The notes under the pieces were generated by a model. That model saw only the letters and a program-made list of their open reading frames with translations, was not told the DNA's origin and made no database searches. A program made the position numbers and the translations under genes. DNA of 64,000 nucleotides from Cyanocohniella sp. LLY (GTDB taxonomy: Bacteria > Cyanobacteriota > Cyanobacteriia > Cyanobacteriales > Nostocaceae), in the NCBI GenBank assembly GCA_022241785.1, contig JAKOMP010000016.1, positions 2,040 through 66,039 of the forward strand. Reading direction: 5' to 3'. Of this stretch, positions 19,308 through 30,481 are shown piece by piece. The first letter of the stretch is position 1. Every line of letters starts with the position of its first letter.

Positions 19308-19754
19308 ATGAGTCAAAAAGCAAAATTTTCTCGATTTATCCTGGCTTTTGTGGCTGGATTTATTGCTGTGTTGGTATTTCACCAAGGCTTGCTGGCATTG
19401 CTTCATGCAATTAACTTTGCACCCCGCGCACCCTATCAAACCACGCCAACACCACCCTTTGGTATACCACAATTTATTTCGGCGGCTTTCTGGGGAGGAA
19501 TTTGGGGTTTAGTTTGGGCTACTCTGACATTACGTTGGCAAGTAAATAGAAATTATTGGATAGCGGCGCTGCTTTTTGGTGCTGTTGCACCGACATTGGT
19601 GGCTTGGTTTGTAGTTGCACCATTGAAAGGTTTACCCATAGCTGGAGGTTGGCAAGCACCAGGGATGATTACAGCTTTATTAGTCAACGGTGCTTGGGGA
19701 TTGGGAACAGCTTTATTGTTCAGTTGGTTTGCTAGAAGACAAGTATTGCCGTGA
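19308..19754 (+). CDS. Hypothetical membrane protein (about 4 TM)
   Basis: Hydrophobic segments; AFWGGIWG, NGAWGLG. Confidence 0.8.
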   Translation: MSQKAKFSRFILAFVAGFIAVLVFHQGLLALLHAINFAPRAPYQTTPTPPFGIPQFISAAFWGGIWGLVWATLTLRWQVNRNYWIAALLFGAVAPTLVAWFVVAPLKGLPIAGGWQAPGMITALLVNGAWGLGTALLFSWFARRQVLP

Positions 19755-19872
19755 ATCTTGGCGCTTTCGCATCCTGGTCTTACCAACAAGCACGAACAAT
19801 AATATCATTGACGAGATATATCATAGATGATAAGTTAGGGGGATGTGCTGGAATGTTGAATTGCATCCCTTA

Positions 19873-19989
19873 CTTTCCACTCTCCAAAACTACATTGCTG
19901 CGATGGGCGGCAGTCTCATTATTACCGTTGAGCTTCCAAATAAGCAACCTGTTCGCCTCAATATGCTAAGTGACCTTGTAGACAATTAG
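19873..19989 (+). pseudogene. 3' remnant of an XRE/HigA-type HTH gene
   Basis: LSTLQNYIAAMGGSLIITVELPNKQPVRLNMLSDLVDN* with no 5' part. Confidence 0.6.
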
Positions 19990-20028
19990 GTTACGAACAA
20001 GATGATCCAAGCTACCCAACTCTAAATG

Positions 20029-20117
20029 CTTGAGCAAGCTATTCAATCAGGTTTTAAATTTGCGATCGCCTGATGAATTTGGATTTCGCCCAGATGAGCA
20101 ACAGATGGCTGAAGCTT
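20029..20117 (+). pseudogene. Degenerate fragment homologous to the DUF442 gene at 32571
   Basis: CTTGAGCAAGCTATTCAA..GGTTTTAAATTTGCGATCGCCTGATGAATT.GGATTT...CCAGATGAGCAACA matches ~32634-32730 with an 11-nt deletion. Confidence 0.75.
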
Positions 20118-20130
20118 CTAATGGTGAAAT

Positions 20131-20793
20131 TCATTTTTCCCAGCCATCAATCAGTAATTGCGTAATCTCCTCTGGAGAATGAGCAATCCTATCAGCACCG
20201 TGAGTTTTTAATTCCTCCTCAGTTCCATAGCCGTAGGTGACACCAATTGCTTTAACATTGTGAAGCTTGGCTCCGATGATATCATGAGAGCGGTCGCCTA
20301 CCATTACCACAGTAGATGAGGCAAGATTTTCTGTCATCAAAATGTGATAAATTAAGTCACCTTTCACACTTCTTGTACCATCAAATTCACTACCATAGAC
20401 ACCATTTAAAAGTGACGATAAGCCAAAATATTTAATGATTTTTTTAGCATAAATATAAGGTTTAGAAGTAGCAACAAAGGTTTGATAACCAGCATAATGA
20501 AGCTCTTTCAGCGCTTCAGGAATTTGGGGATAAAGAAAATTCTCCAACAATCCAATCGTAGAAAACCGACTACGATAAAGTGCGATCGCTTCTTCCAATA
20601 CACCATGATCAGAAGTTTTCAGTAGCTGAATAAAACTGTCTTTAAGTGGAGGACCAATACACCAAAGTAACTCCTCAGTATCCGGTGGTTTATAACCGAG
20701 TTCGGACAGAGCATACTGAATACAGCGAGTAATACCCAGCTTGGGATCGGTCAAAGTTCCATCTAAATCAAACAAAATAGAAGAGATAGACAT
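20131..20793 (-). CDS. HAD-superfamily hydrolase (phosphoglycolate phosphatase/5'-nucleotidase-like)
   Basis: LFDLDGTLTD, IGPPL, ATSKP, MVGDRSHD. Confidence 0.9.
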   Translation of the reverse strand: MSISSILFDLDGTLTDPKLGITRCIQYALSELGYKPPDTEELLWCIGPPLKDSFIQLLKTSDHGVLEEAIALYRSRFSTIGLLENFLYPQIPEALKELHYAGYQTFVATSKPYIYAKKIIKYFGLSSLLNGVYGSEFDGTRSVKGDLIYHILMTENLASSTVVMVGDRSHDIIGAKLHNVKAIGVTYGYGTEEELKTHGADRIAHSPEEITQLLIDGWEK

Positions 20794-20865
20794 ACCGTTC
20801 CTTCATGGTGAAGTTTTGAATTCAGAATTGATAGACGAGTGCGAGTTAAATAATGAGAAAGAGTG

Positions 20866-21906
20866 TCAACGAAAGTTAATTAATAGCTCATTCAGGGCTT
20901 CTATATCAATTAAAAAAGCATCGTGACCATAAATTGATTTCAGAAAACCTAGTTGAGCATGAGGAATTAAATCTGCTAGTTCTTGTTGTTCTATCGGTGG
21001 ATAAAGAATATCAGAATCAATAGCAACAACTAAAGCAGGTTGTTTAATGCTTTGCAAAACAGATTTATAGTCTTGACCTTGAGCAATATCATGACTATCC
21101 ATTGCTTTGGTAAGAGTGATGTAGGTATTAGGATCAAATCTCTCTACTAGCTTTTGACCATGATATTGTAAGTACCTAGAGATGGAAAATTGTTCAGCAG
21201 AAGCATCATACTGTCGTCCAAAACGATCTGTAAAGGTCTGCCAAGAACGGTAAGCACTCATCGCCATCATCCGCGCTACAGCTAATCCTTGGTTTGGTGG
21301 CTGTTCTGGTGTGTAGTGACCCCCAAGCCAATTGGGATCGGCATAAATAGCTTGTCTTTGAGCTTCACTTAACCCAATACACCAAGCTGAATGTCTACCG
21401 GAAGTGGCGATAGGTGCGATCGCTTGTACGATTTCTGGATATAATAACGCCCATTCTAGTACCTGCATCCCACCGAGTGACCCGCCAATGACTAACTGTA
21501 AAGATTTAATTCCCAGGTATTTAATCAGTGCAGCTTGTAAGTGAACCATATCCCGAATCGTAATCGCTGGAAATGAGCCGCCATAACGGATTCCTGTTTG
21601 GGGATTGATGCTAGTTGCTCCCGTAGTGCCGTAACAACTTCCCAAAATATTGCTGCATACAACAAAATTGCGATCGCTATCCAGTGCTTTTTTTACACCT
21701 AACAAACCTTCCCACCAGTCATCTGCATCAGCTGAACCAGTTAAGGCATGACAAATGAGTATTCCATTGTCACCTTCTGAGTTTAACTTTCCCCAAGTCC
21801 GATAAGCAACCTGAACCCCAGTTAAAACTTCGCCTCCTTCTAACTCAAATGGCTTCGGCAAATGATAATACTGAGTTTGTGGTGAAATGAAGTGCTGATA
21901 ATTCAT
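20866..21906 (-). CDS. metX: Homoserine O-acetyltransferase
   Basis: CHALTG, GGSLGGMQ, DILYP, GHDAFL. Confidence 0.93.
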   Translation of the reverse strand: MNYQHFISPQTQYYHLPKPFELEGGEVLTGVQVAYRTWGKLNSEGDNGILICHALTGSADADDWWEGLLGVKKALDSDRNFVVCSNILGSCYGTTGATSINPQTGIRYGGSFPAITIRDMVHLQAALIKYLGIKSLQLVIGGSLGGMQVLEWALLYPEIVQAIAPIATSGRHSAWCIGLSEAQRQAIYADPNWLGGHYTPEQPPNQGLAVARMMAMSAYRSWQTFTDRFGRQYDASAEQFSISRYLQYHGQKLVERFDPNTYITLTKAMDSHDIAQGQDYKSVLQSIKQPALVVAIDSDILYPPIEQQELADLIPHAQLGFLKSIYGHDAFLIDIEALNELLINFR

Positions 21907-21956
21907 CTATAGCAGGGAACGGGGAACAGGGGAATATAGAGAACAACGGCTAATGA

Positions 21957-23267
<1,311 letters not shown>

Positions 23268-23432
23268 TTATTGGTAGCAAATACAAAACAAAAAATATAT
23301 ATAGAGATATGTTGATTATATAGGACTCCTATTTGATTTTTGAAAAACCAAATTGCCTAGAAGCTTGTTATACAAAGGTTGCTTTCTCAGTATACTTAGC
23401 AAGAATCAAGTCGAATTTCTATATTTATCAAC

Positions 23433-23458
23433 TATTATAAGTCTATAGACTTTTAGTA
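23433..23458. promoter_or_regulatory. 26-bp palindromic operator (variant) upstream of metY
   Basis: TATTATAAGTCTATAGACTTTTAGTA; core AAGTCTATAGAC identical to the 32375 site. Confidence 0.65.
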
Positions 23459-23668
23459 TATTAACATTTTTGACTCTCTATCTACTTACTGATTTATCTC
23501 ACAAGTGAAAAAAAAGCTGGACATACTCAAAATCATTGATACTGACGCACATTAAAATTTGCTGAAAAACCGCTCAAAAAAACCTGACAATGATATGCTA
23601 ACTTTCCTAGTTTTTAGCTATTGATTTTTTTCGGTATACATGGAATAGTAATATACATAATTATTAAA

Positions 23669-23694
23669 TACGATTGTCCGATTGACATTAAGTA
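23669..23694. promoter_or_regulatory. 26-bp palindromic operator upstream of rhodanese-yeeE
   Basis: TACGATTGTCCGATTGACATTAAGTA. Confidence 0.65.
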
Positions 23695-23778
23695 TTTTAC
23701 AGAATAGGCAACTTGCAAAAGAGTTGTCATTATCTACAGTGTCAATGCGATCGCAAAGTATATTGCACAGCAAGGAGC

Positions 23779-24747
23779 ATGATTGTGAGGTTTAAATTTT
23801 CTTTAGAGAAATTAAAAAAAAATAAATTCTTCGTTTTGGGAGCAGTGTTTTTTGCCAGTTTATTCATAATGCCTCTGCTACCATTTTCAGCTGCATTATC
23901 ATCTACTAATAACAATGCCAAAATTCAATTTGTTTCCCCAAGTTGGGTAACGGAAAATGCCAAAGACTCTAATTTAAGAATCTTGGATGTGCGTAACTTC
24001 CCCTTAGACTATATAGAAGGTCACGTTCCAGGTGCAGTGAATATTGCTGATATTGCCTTCCGGGGGCCCCAAGAAGGTTTACCGGTGCAGTATTGGAGTA
24101 ATGAAAAAATAGGACAAATATTTGCCAATTCTGGGATAACTAACAATAGCCGAGTCCTTGTCTATTCAGACGATAGAGATGTTTTAGGTGCAACAATGGT
24201 TGCTTATTTACTAGAACGTTCTGGAGTCAAAGACATTGCTGTTTTAGATGGTGGCTATAAAGGTTATGAAGCATCTCAAGCAATCACCAAAGAGTTTCCC
24301 CAATATAAAGTAGGTCGGTTTACAGTGCGAGATAATCCGGCTGTGCGTGTGAATTTAGCTCAAGTCAAACAGCTAATTGGTAAGCCAGGAATCACCTTTA
24401 TTGATCCCAGACCAGCAAACCTTTTCCGTGGGGAAGAGGATATTTGGGTACGCAACGGACATATCCCCGGTGCGCGGAATATTCCTTGGCCGACATTTAC
24501 AGATGCTGATAATCCCCACAAACTCAAGCCATTAGCAGACATCAGAAAACTACTAGCAGAAAAAAATATTCGTTCCTCAGATGACATTATTGTCACTTGC
24601 AGTACAGGTAGAGAAGCAACACTACAATATGTTGTCTTGAAACATTTACTTAACTACCCCAAAGTAAGAGTTTACGAGGGTTCTTGGACAGAATATAGTA
24701 CTCAAAAAGATTTACCTGTAGCCACTGGCCCGGAACAGGTAAGCTAA
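23779..24747 (+). CDS. Exported tandem-rhodanese sulfurtransferase
   Basis: Signal peptide, GHVPGA/GHIPGA, active loop CSTGRE, VYEGSWTEY; ATG 23779 after AAGGAG. Confidence 0.9.
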   Translation: MIVRFKFSLEKLKKNKFFVLGAVFFASLFIMPLLPFSAALSSTNNNAKIQFVSPSWVTENAKDSNLRILDVRNFPLDYIEGHVPGAVNIADIAFRGPQEGLPVQYWSNEKIGQIFANSGITNNSRVLVYSDDRDVLGATMVAYLLERSGVKDIAVLDGGYKGYEASQAITKEFPQYKVGRFTVRDNPAVRVNLAQVKQLIGKPGITFIDPRPANLFRGEEDIWVRNGHIPGARNIPWPTFTDADNPHKLKPLADIRKLLAEKNIRSSDDIIVTCSTGREATLQYVVLKHLLNYPKVRVYEGSWTEYSTQKDLPVATGPEQVS

Positions 24748-24775
24748 GTAAATATACATTCAGAGGAAACTGTTG

Positions 24776-24943
24776 ATGAAAATCGTCATGTTATCGATGG
24801 CTTTTTTGTTGGCCGGGGTTGGCGCTTTAGAACTACAAGAATTGCGTCTAACTAACAATACAGAGCCAGAAACTTTGGTAAGTTGTACAAGAAGCAGAGA
24901 TAGGAGATCAGAAAACTCTGATAAAGATCGTCCGCAGACTTAG
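24776..24943 (+). CDS. Small 55-aa ORF with hydrophobic N-terminus
   Basis: MKIVMLSMAFLLAGVGALELQELRLTNNTEPETLVSCTRSRDRRSENSDKDRPQT*; GAGG RBS; fills the operon gap. Confidence 0.5.
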   Translation: MKIVMLSMAFLLAGVGALELQELRLTNNTEPETLVSCTRSRDRRSENSDKDRPQT

Positions 24944-25011
24944 ACCAGCTAAGTGAGGACATGACATAGAGTTGTGTCCCACTGGCACTAGATCAACTTT
25001 GATATTTGTCT

Positions 25012-26196
25012 ATGACTAGTAGTATTGAGAATCCCTTACCATCAGCTCGACCCCAGAAATTAATTGTAGCGATCGCCTTAGCTGTATTCACAGGTGGAGC
25101 GGTAGCTTTAAGTACCTACGGTTGGCGACAAAGCGGATTATTTCTCATTGGCGGTTTGTTAGGCGTTAGTCTTTATCATTCCCGATTTGGCTTTAGTTCT
25201 GCTTATCGCAAGCTGCTAGTAAATCGAGACGTGAGGGGGATATATGCTCAGTTATTGATGCTGGCGATCGCCACTATAATATTTGCGCCTGTGTTAGCGG
25301 CTGGCTCGATATTTGGTCAAGAAGTTGATGGCGCGATCGCACCAGTGGGACTACAAGGTGCTATTGGTGCTTTTTTATTCGGTATTGGGATGCAGTTAGG
25401 TGGTGGCTGTGCTTGTGGCACACTTTATACAATTGGTAGCGGTAGTTACACCATGCTGATTACCCTATTCACTTTTTGTATAGGTGCATTCTGGGGAAGT
25501 TTAACTAGAGATATATGGCCTAAACTACCACAAACATCGCCAATTGTTTTGGGAGAAACTCTAGGTTGGGTAGGAGCAGTTACTTTACAGTTAGGCTTGT
25601 TTATCTTAATTGCAGGTTTACTGTGGTGGTGGAGTCAAAGCAATCAGAATCAGCCACAAACCGAGTCAGATAAATCGCCAATTTTCCCTCATCCCGGAGA
25701 AATTTTATCAGGCCCTTGGCCCTTATTCACAGGAGCGATCGCTTTAGCTATTCTCAATTGGCTCACCTTAGTCATTTCTGGAAATCCTTGGCGAATTACT
25801 TGGGGATTTGCCTTATGGTCAGCGAAAATCGCCACTATTTTGGGTTGGAATCCTGATAGTAGTCCATTTTGGGAAGGAATGTCATTCTCCGATATTGTAT
25901 TTACTGATGTTTCCTCAGTGATGAATATTGGAATTATTTTAGGAGCTTTATTAGCCGCAGCCGCAGCCGGAAACTTAGTTGCTAAAACTCAGATTTCTCC
26001 TTCATTAGTAATTGCAACCATTATTGGTGGATTAATGATGGGTTATGGTGCTTTTTTGGCATTTGGTTGTAACGTCAGCGTCTTTTTTAGTGGTATTGCT
26101 TCCACCAGTTTACACGGTTGGATTTGGATTCTTGCTGCTTTATGCGGGACTGGAGTTGGTATTCGGTTACGTTCTTTATTGCAATTATCCAATTGA
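25012..26196 (+). CDS. YeeE/YedE (TsuA-like) thiosulfate transporter
   Basis: GMQLGGGCACGTL and AFGCNV motifs; many TM helices. Confidence 0.88.
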   Translation: MTSSIENPLPSARPQKLIVAIALAVFTGGAVALSTYGWRQSGLFLIGGLLGVSLYHSRFGFSSAYRKLLVNRDVRGIYAQLLMLAIATIIFAPVLAAGSIFGQEVDGAIAPVGLQGAIGAFLFGIGMQLGGGCACGTLYTIGSGSYTMLITLFTFCIGAFWGSLTRDIWPKLPQTSPIVLGETLGWVGAVTLQLGLFILIAGLLWWWSQSNQNQPQTESDKSPIFPHPGEILSGPWPLFTGAIALAILNWLTLVISGNPWRITWGFALWSAKIATILGWNPDSSPFWEGMSFSDIVFTDVSSVMNIGIILGALLAAAAAGNLVAKTQISPSLVIATIIGGLMMGYGAFLAFGCNVSVFFSGIASTSLHGWIWILAALCGTGVGIRLRSLLQLSN

Positions 26197-26269
26197 AATT
26201 AACTGTATTAAGCTCGGCTTAATCTAAATGACGCGATAATTCTGACAATACCACAACGTCTTACCAGCC

Positions 26270-27103
26270 TTATGTCCCAGACAAAGCATTTTCCAAATCA
26301 GCTTGCAAGTCTAATACATTCTCAATACCCACAGAAAGACGGACTAAATTATCATTAATTCCCCGCTTATATCTTTCTGCGTCTGGTAAAGAACCATGAG
26401 TCATTTTCGCAGGATAACAAAGTAATGACTCTACACCTCCTAAACTTTCGGCTAACAAAAACAGCTTGAGACGAGCAGCAAATTTTTCCACTTCTGCAAA
26501 ACCGCCTTTTAATTCCAAACTAATCATTCCACCAAAACCAGACATTTGTGATTTTGCCAATTGATGTTGTTCGTGGCTAGGTAAACCGGGATAATAAATA
26601 CGCTCGACTTTGGGATGTTGGGCTAAAAATTTAGCTAATATTAAAGCATTTTTTTCATGTTCTCGCATTCTCACAGCTAGAGTTTTAATTCCTCGCAGCA
26701 CTAACCAGCTATCAAAAGGACTAGGAACTGCTCCAATTGCATTTTGATAAAATTTCAATTCGGTGTATAGTTGCTGATTAGATGTCACAACTGCGCCGCC
26801 AATAATATCACTGTGTCCTCCTAGATATTTGGTGGTGCTGTGGACTACTATATCAGCACCATTATCCAGTGGTCTTTGAAAATAAGGACTGGCGAAAGTA
26901 TTATCAATTACTAAAATGATATTGTGTTGACGAGCAATTTTTCCTAACGCGGCAATATCAATTATTTTTAACAAGGGATTGGTTGGAGTTTCCACCCAAA
27001 TTAGTTTAGTCTGGGGTTGAATAGCAGCCTCAAAGTTAGTGATATCATCAATATCTACATAAGTGGTTGTCACACCCCAATTTTTCACCACTTTTTCTAA
27101 CAA
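26270..27103 (-). pseudogene. 5'-truncated cystathionine gamma-synthase/lyase
   Basis: ETPTNP, DNTFASP, HSTTKYLGGHSD, AESLGGVESL present; N-terminal ~100 aa missing. Confidence 0.85.
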
Positions 27104-27336
27104 ACGATCGCCTCTCGAAATGCTTTGTCACCCCAAGTAATGGCATATTGGTTAATATCTGCCTCAATTGCTTGATAAGCTGCTTGTTTTAACTCTGATG
27201 GACAGGGAAAATCTGGAAACCCCTGAGCCAAATTCACCGCATCATATTGCAGTGCTACCCGTGTCATTTCTCGAATCACGGACTCTGTAAACTGGCTCGC
27301 TTTTGCGGATATTTTTTGACGCTGAATCTGTGTCAC
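27097..27336 (-). pseudogene. 3'-truncated class I/II PLP aminotransferase
   Basis: FTESVIREMTR, VNLAQGFPDF, NQYAITWG, then stops at the junction. Confidence 0.85.
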
Positions 27337-27359
27337 CTGCTTTCTCCGTACATGAAAAA

Positions 27360-27385
27360 TACGTAAACCGTATAGATTTACTGTA
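27360..27385. promoter_or_regulatory. 26-bp palindromic operator upstream of aminotransferase remnant
   Basis: TACGTAAACCGTATAGATTTACTGTA. Confidence 0.8.
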
Positions 27386-27450
27386 GTATACTCCCCATAA
27401 CCAGAGAAATGTCACGCCGCATTATGATTAACATGGGATCAATTGATTGA

Positions 27451-28335
27451 TTATAATTCTTCAGGATTTGGCCGCCAGCGTAAAATGTAGCTTTCTAAAG
27501 CCCGAACACCCCAATCAAGAAAAACACTAATCACTGCTAAAACTACCAATATTGCCCAGGCTTGATCTACATTCAAAATTCCCTGGGCTGACATCAACAG
27601 ATAGCCTAAACCTTGAGTTGAACCCACATACTCAGCCACCAGCGCCCCTACTAGAGCCATACCCAAACTTGTCCGAATCCCTGCAATGACCCAACTAATT
27701 ACCGAAGGTAGTACAACCATACGCAACATCTGCCAGCGATTAGCACCCATGACCTGAAAAGCAGAAATTAATTCCCGGTCAATGCTTTGGAGTCCCTGAT
27801 AGGTTGTGAAAAAGATGGGGAAAAAAGCACTCAAAGCTGCTAAAAAGACTTTGGAAAGTAATCCAATCCCAAACCAGATAATAAAAAAGGGCGCTAAGGC
27901 AATGCGAGGTAGAGAATTAAATACCTGGACGTAAGGCAGAGTTATTTTTGCCCCTGCTGGAGAATAAGCTAACCCAATTCCCAGGCTGATACCTCCACTC
28001 ACCGCCAGAGCCAATCCACCCATCGCTTCTTGAAAGGTGACAAAAATATGTTTAAAGATAATACCACTGAGAAATAGTTGCTTTAACTCTTGAACAATGT
28101 TGCTTGGTTTACCTACAAGGGCTGGTTCAATCAACTTGGGAATGTTAAATCCGCCTGTACCAAGTTCCCACACCAATAAAATTACGACAAGGGGTGTTAG
28201 CTGTACGGCTAGTTGTATTAAACGTTTTTGCCAGTTGGTTTTTTGCGGGTTAGAATCGGAAAGGTTTGTCTGTTCATGAGTAGGAGAGGGCGCAGATTGC
28301 CCAATGGTTAAGGTTCTATTGCGGATATTGCTCAT
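27451..28335 (-). CDS. Nitrate/sulfonate-type ABC transporter permease
   Basis: SLPRIALAPFFIIWFGIG, EAA-like loop, LVAEYVGS. Confidence 0.9.
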   Translation of the reverse strand: MSNIRNRTLTIGQSAPSPTHEQTNLSDSNPQKTNWQKRLIQLAVQLTPLVVILLVWELGTGGFNIPKLIEPALVGKPSNIVQELKQLFLSGIIFKHIFVTFQEAMGGLALAVSGGISLGIGLAYSPAGAKITLPYVQVFNSLPRIALAPFFIIWFGIGLLSKVFLAALSAFFPIFFTTYQGLQSIDRELISAFQVMGANRWQMLRMVVLPSVISWVIAGIRTSLGMALVGALVAEYVGSTQGLGYLLMSAQGILNVDQAWAILVVLAVISVFLDWGVRALESYILRWRPNPEEL

Positions 28336-28346
28336 ATTATTTTCTA

Positions 28347-29144
28347 TTAAGTTTTAAAGAGTGCGAATCCTCGATCTTGCTGTTGCAATACCTGTGTAGT
28401 TAAATCTGACCACATCTCACGCTGGATTTTTTGAAATCGGGGATCTGTGCGAATTGCGATCGCCGAACGTCCAGAAGGTAAATCAATTTCATATTCCTTG
28501 ACAATTTTCCCAGGACGTGGACTAAGTAAAAATACTCTTTGGGAAAGTGCGATCGCTTCATCCAGGTCATGAGTTACCAAAATAAAGGTGCATCCCGTAT
28601 CGCGCCATAATCGCAAAAACTCATCCTGTAAAAGCGCGCGTGTTTGAGCATCCAGACTACTCAGAGGCTCATCAAGTAACACTACATCTGGTTCATAAAT
28701 CAATGTCCGAATCAGCAAAACGCGCTGCTGCATTCCACCTGACAATTCTCTAGGAAAGCTATGCTCAAAACCATACAAGCCATATTTTTCTAGCAGTGCC
28801 AAAGCCTTGTCCCGTCCTTCCTTTCGCGGGACACCACGAATTTCCAGAGGAGCAGTGACATTATCTAGGACTGTCCGCCAAGGTAGTAGAGTTTGCTTTT
28901 GAAACAAATAGCCAATTTCTTTAATGCCACTATTATTAAAAGTACCTTTGACATCTGTACCAGGACGAACTAACCCCGCAATCACATTCAGTAAAGTACT
29001 CTTACCACAGCCACTTGGCCCAATCAACGCGACAAATTCACCAGCATGAATAGTCAAGTTAATATCTTGTAATGCTTCAATCCGCTTATTCTTACTCCAA
29101 TAAGAAATGGAGAGATTTTGGGTGGTGATCATAGGGGTTGACAT
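28347..29144 (-). CDS. Nitrate/sulfonate-type ABC transporter ATPase
   Basis: [26 protein letters not shown]. Confidence 0.92.
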   Translation of the reverse strand: MSTPMITTQNLSISYWSKNKRIEALQDINLTIHAGEFVALIGPSGCGKSTLLNVIAGLVRPGTDVKGTFNNSGIKEIGYLFQKQTLLPWRTVLDNVTAPLEIRGVPRKEGRDKALALLEKYGLYGFEHSFPRELSGGMQQRVLLIRTLIYEPDVVLLDEPLSSLDAQTRALLQDEFLRLWRDTGCTFILVTHDLDEAIALSQRVFLLSPRPGKIVKEYEIDLPSGRSAIAIRTDPRFQKIQREMWSDLTTQVLQQQDRGFALFKT

Positions 29145-29186
29145 AAGCAAAAATCCCAAAGAAGAATTAATCCCGAAAATTATGAA

Positions 29187-30227
29187 TTAAGCTCGACGAC
29201 CTGCATATTTATCAAATACTGCTTGAGAGTAGGGAACTAATTTATCAATAATTCCAGCATCGAAGAATACTTGTTGGTCTGCAAGATATGCTGCTTCACT
29301 AATAGAGGCATTTCTAGGAACTGACAGTTGCAATTCAGTCTGAAGACCTGTCAGAATCGCATCTAAATTTGCTCCTTGAAAACGTTGTCCCACCGCATCT
29401 AGGATTTTTTCTGGTGAAGTCTGATGCATATATTCAAAAGTGCGATTGACTGCTGTAACTAATCTCTCAACGACTTCAGGTTTTTCAGTAGTAACTCGTT
29501 CGTGACTCAGCCAAGCACGGGTCATAGCTTCCGGAGCGCCAAAATATTTTTGATGTGTCGCGGGTTCCAGAGCATTAACCAATTGGACAACAGTTCCTTC
29601 TTTGAGTAGTCTGTGCAAATCAGGCGCACCAGTTACCGCCGCGTCTACCTGACCACTGGTTAGTAGTGCATAAGTCGTGCTATTTGTACTTTGCACATAT
29701 TCCACATCTTTTTCACTCAGACCGTGTTGACGCAAATATTTGACTGACACAGCCCAGCCCCAAGAACCAACCTCACCGACAGAGAACTTTTTTCCCTTGA
29801 GGTCATTCACTGTTTTGACTTGAGATTGCAAATCAGAACGGATAACTAAGGAAGTATCTACTAGATTACGGCGATTAGCGACAACATTTAGAGGGACTCC
29901 CTTCAGCTGAGAGAGATAGACGTGTAAAGGTGCTTGGGCAGAAAAATCGATTTCTCCCGCAATTAGAGCATCTCGCATTCTCCCGCCGCCTTGGAATTGA
30001 ATCACTTCTGCACTTAAGCCCGCCTCCTTAAAGTAACCCAAATCCTCTGGAATCCAAACATCAATGGAGTTAATACCGCTTACTGCGCCTAGTCTGACTT
30101 TAATAGTTCCCTGAGTTCCCTGATCAGCCACAGATTGATTGATAGTGTTATCTGCACAAGAGATTGTCGTGACAGCAGTTGCTAATCCTATAGAAGTGTA
30201 TTTTAAAAAGTCTCTACGTGAAGTCAT
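29187..30227 (-). CDS. ABC transporter substrate-binding lipoprotein (Tat, NMT1/SsuA-like)
   Basis: SRRDFLK Tat motif, TISC lipobox, GYFKEAGL. Confidence 0.88.
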   Translation of the reverse strand: MTSRRDFLKYTSIGLATAVTTISCADNTINQSVADQGTQGTIKVRLGAVSGINSIDVWIPEDLGYFKEAGLSAEVIQFQGGGRMRDALIAGEIDFSAQAPLHVYLSQLKGVPLNVVANRRNLVDTSLVIRSDLQSQVKTVNDLKGKKFSVGEVGSWGWAVSVKYLRQHGLSEKDVEYVQSTNSTTYALLTSGQVDAAVTGAPDLHRLLKEGTVVQLVNALEPATHQKYFGAPEAMTRAWLSHERVTTEKPEVVERLVTAVNRTFEYMHQTSPEKILDAVGQRFQGANLDAILTGLQTELQLSVPRNASISEAAYLADQQVFFDAGIIDKLVPYSQAVFDKYAGRRA

Positions 30228-30312
30228 AGATTTATTTGAGATATATCTAAATTAGAAACATTAGAAATAGGTGGAACTACGGTATAGCGATCGCCAAGTC
30301 CCACCATTTTGT

Positions 30313-30450
30313 AGTGGACTAACACAGTAAATGTAGGTTGGGTGGAAGAACGAAAGAAACCCAACCTTACCCAATATTTGGTTTGCTTCGTTGGGTGGCG
30401 CTGCGCTTAACTACAATTTTTTTGCAACATTTTAGTTATGTCAGTCCACT
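30313..30450. mobile_element. MITE-like element with terminal inverted repeats and internal REP-like hairpin
   Basis: AGTGGACTAACA ... TGTCAGTCCACT; internal GGTTGGGT...ACCCAACC. Confidence 0.55.
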
Positions 30451-30481
30451 GCTAGCTTAGGTGTGATCAAATCCTTGCCAT

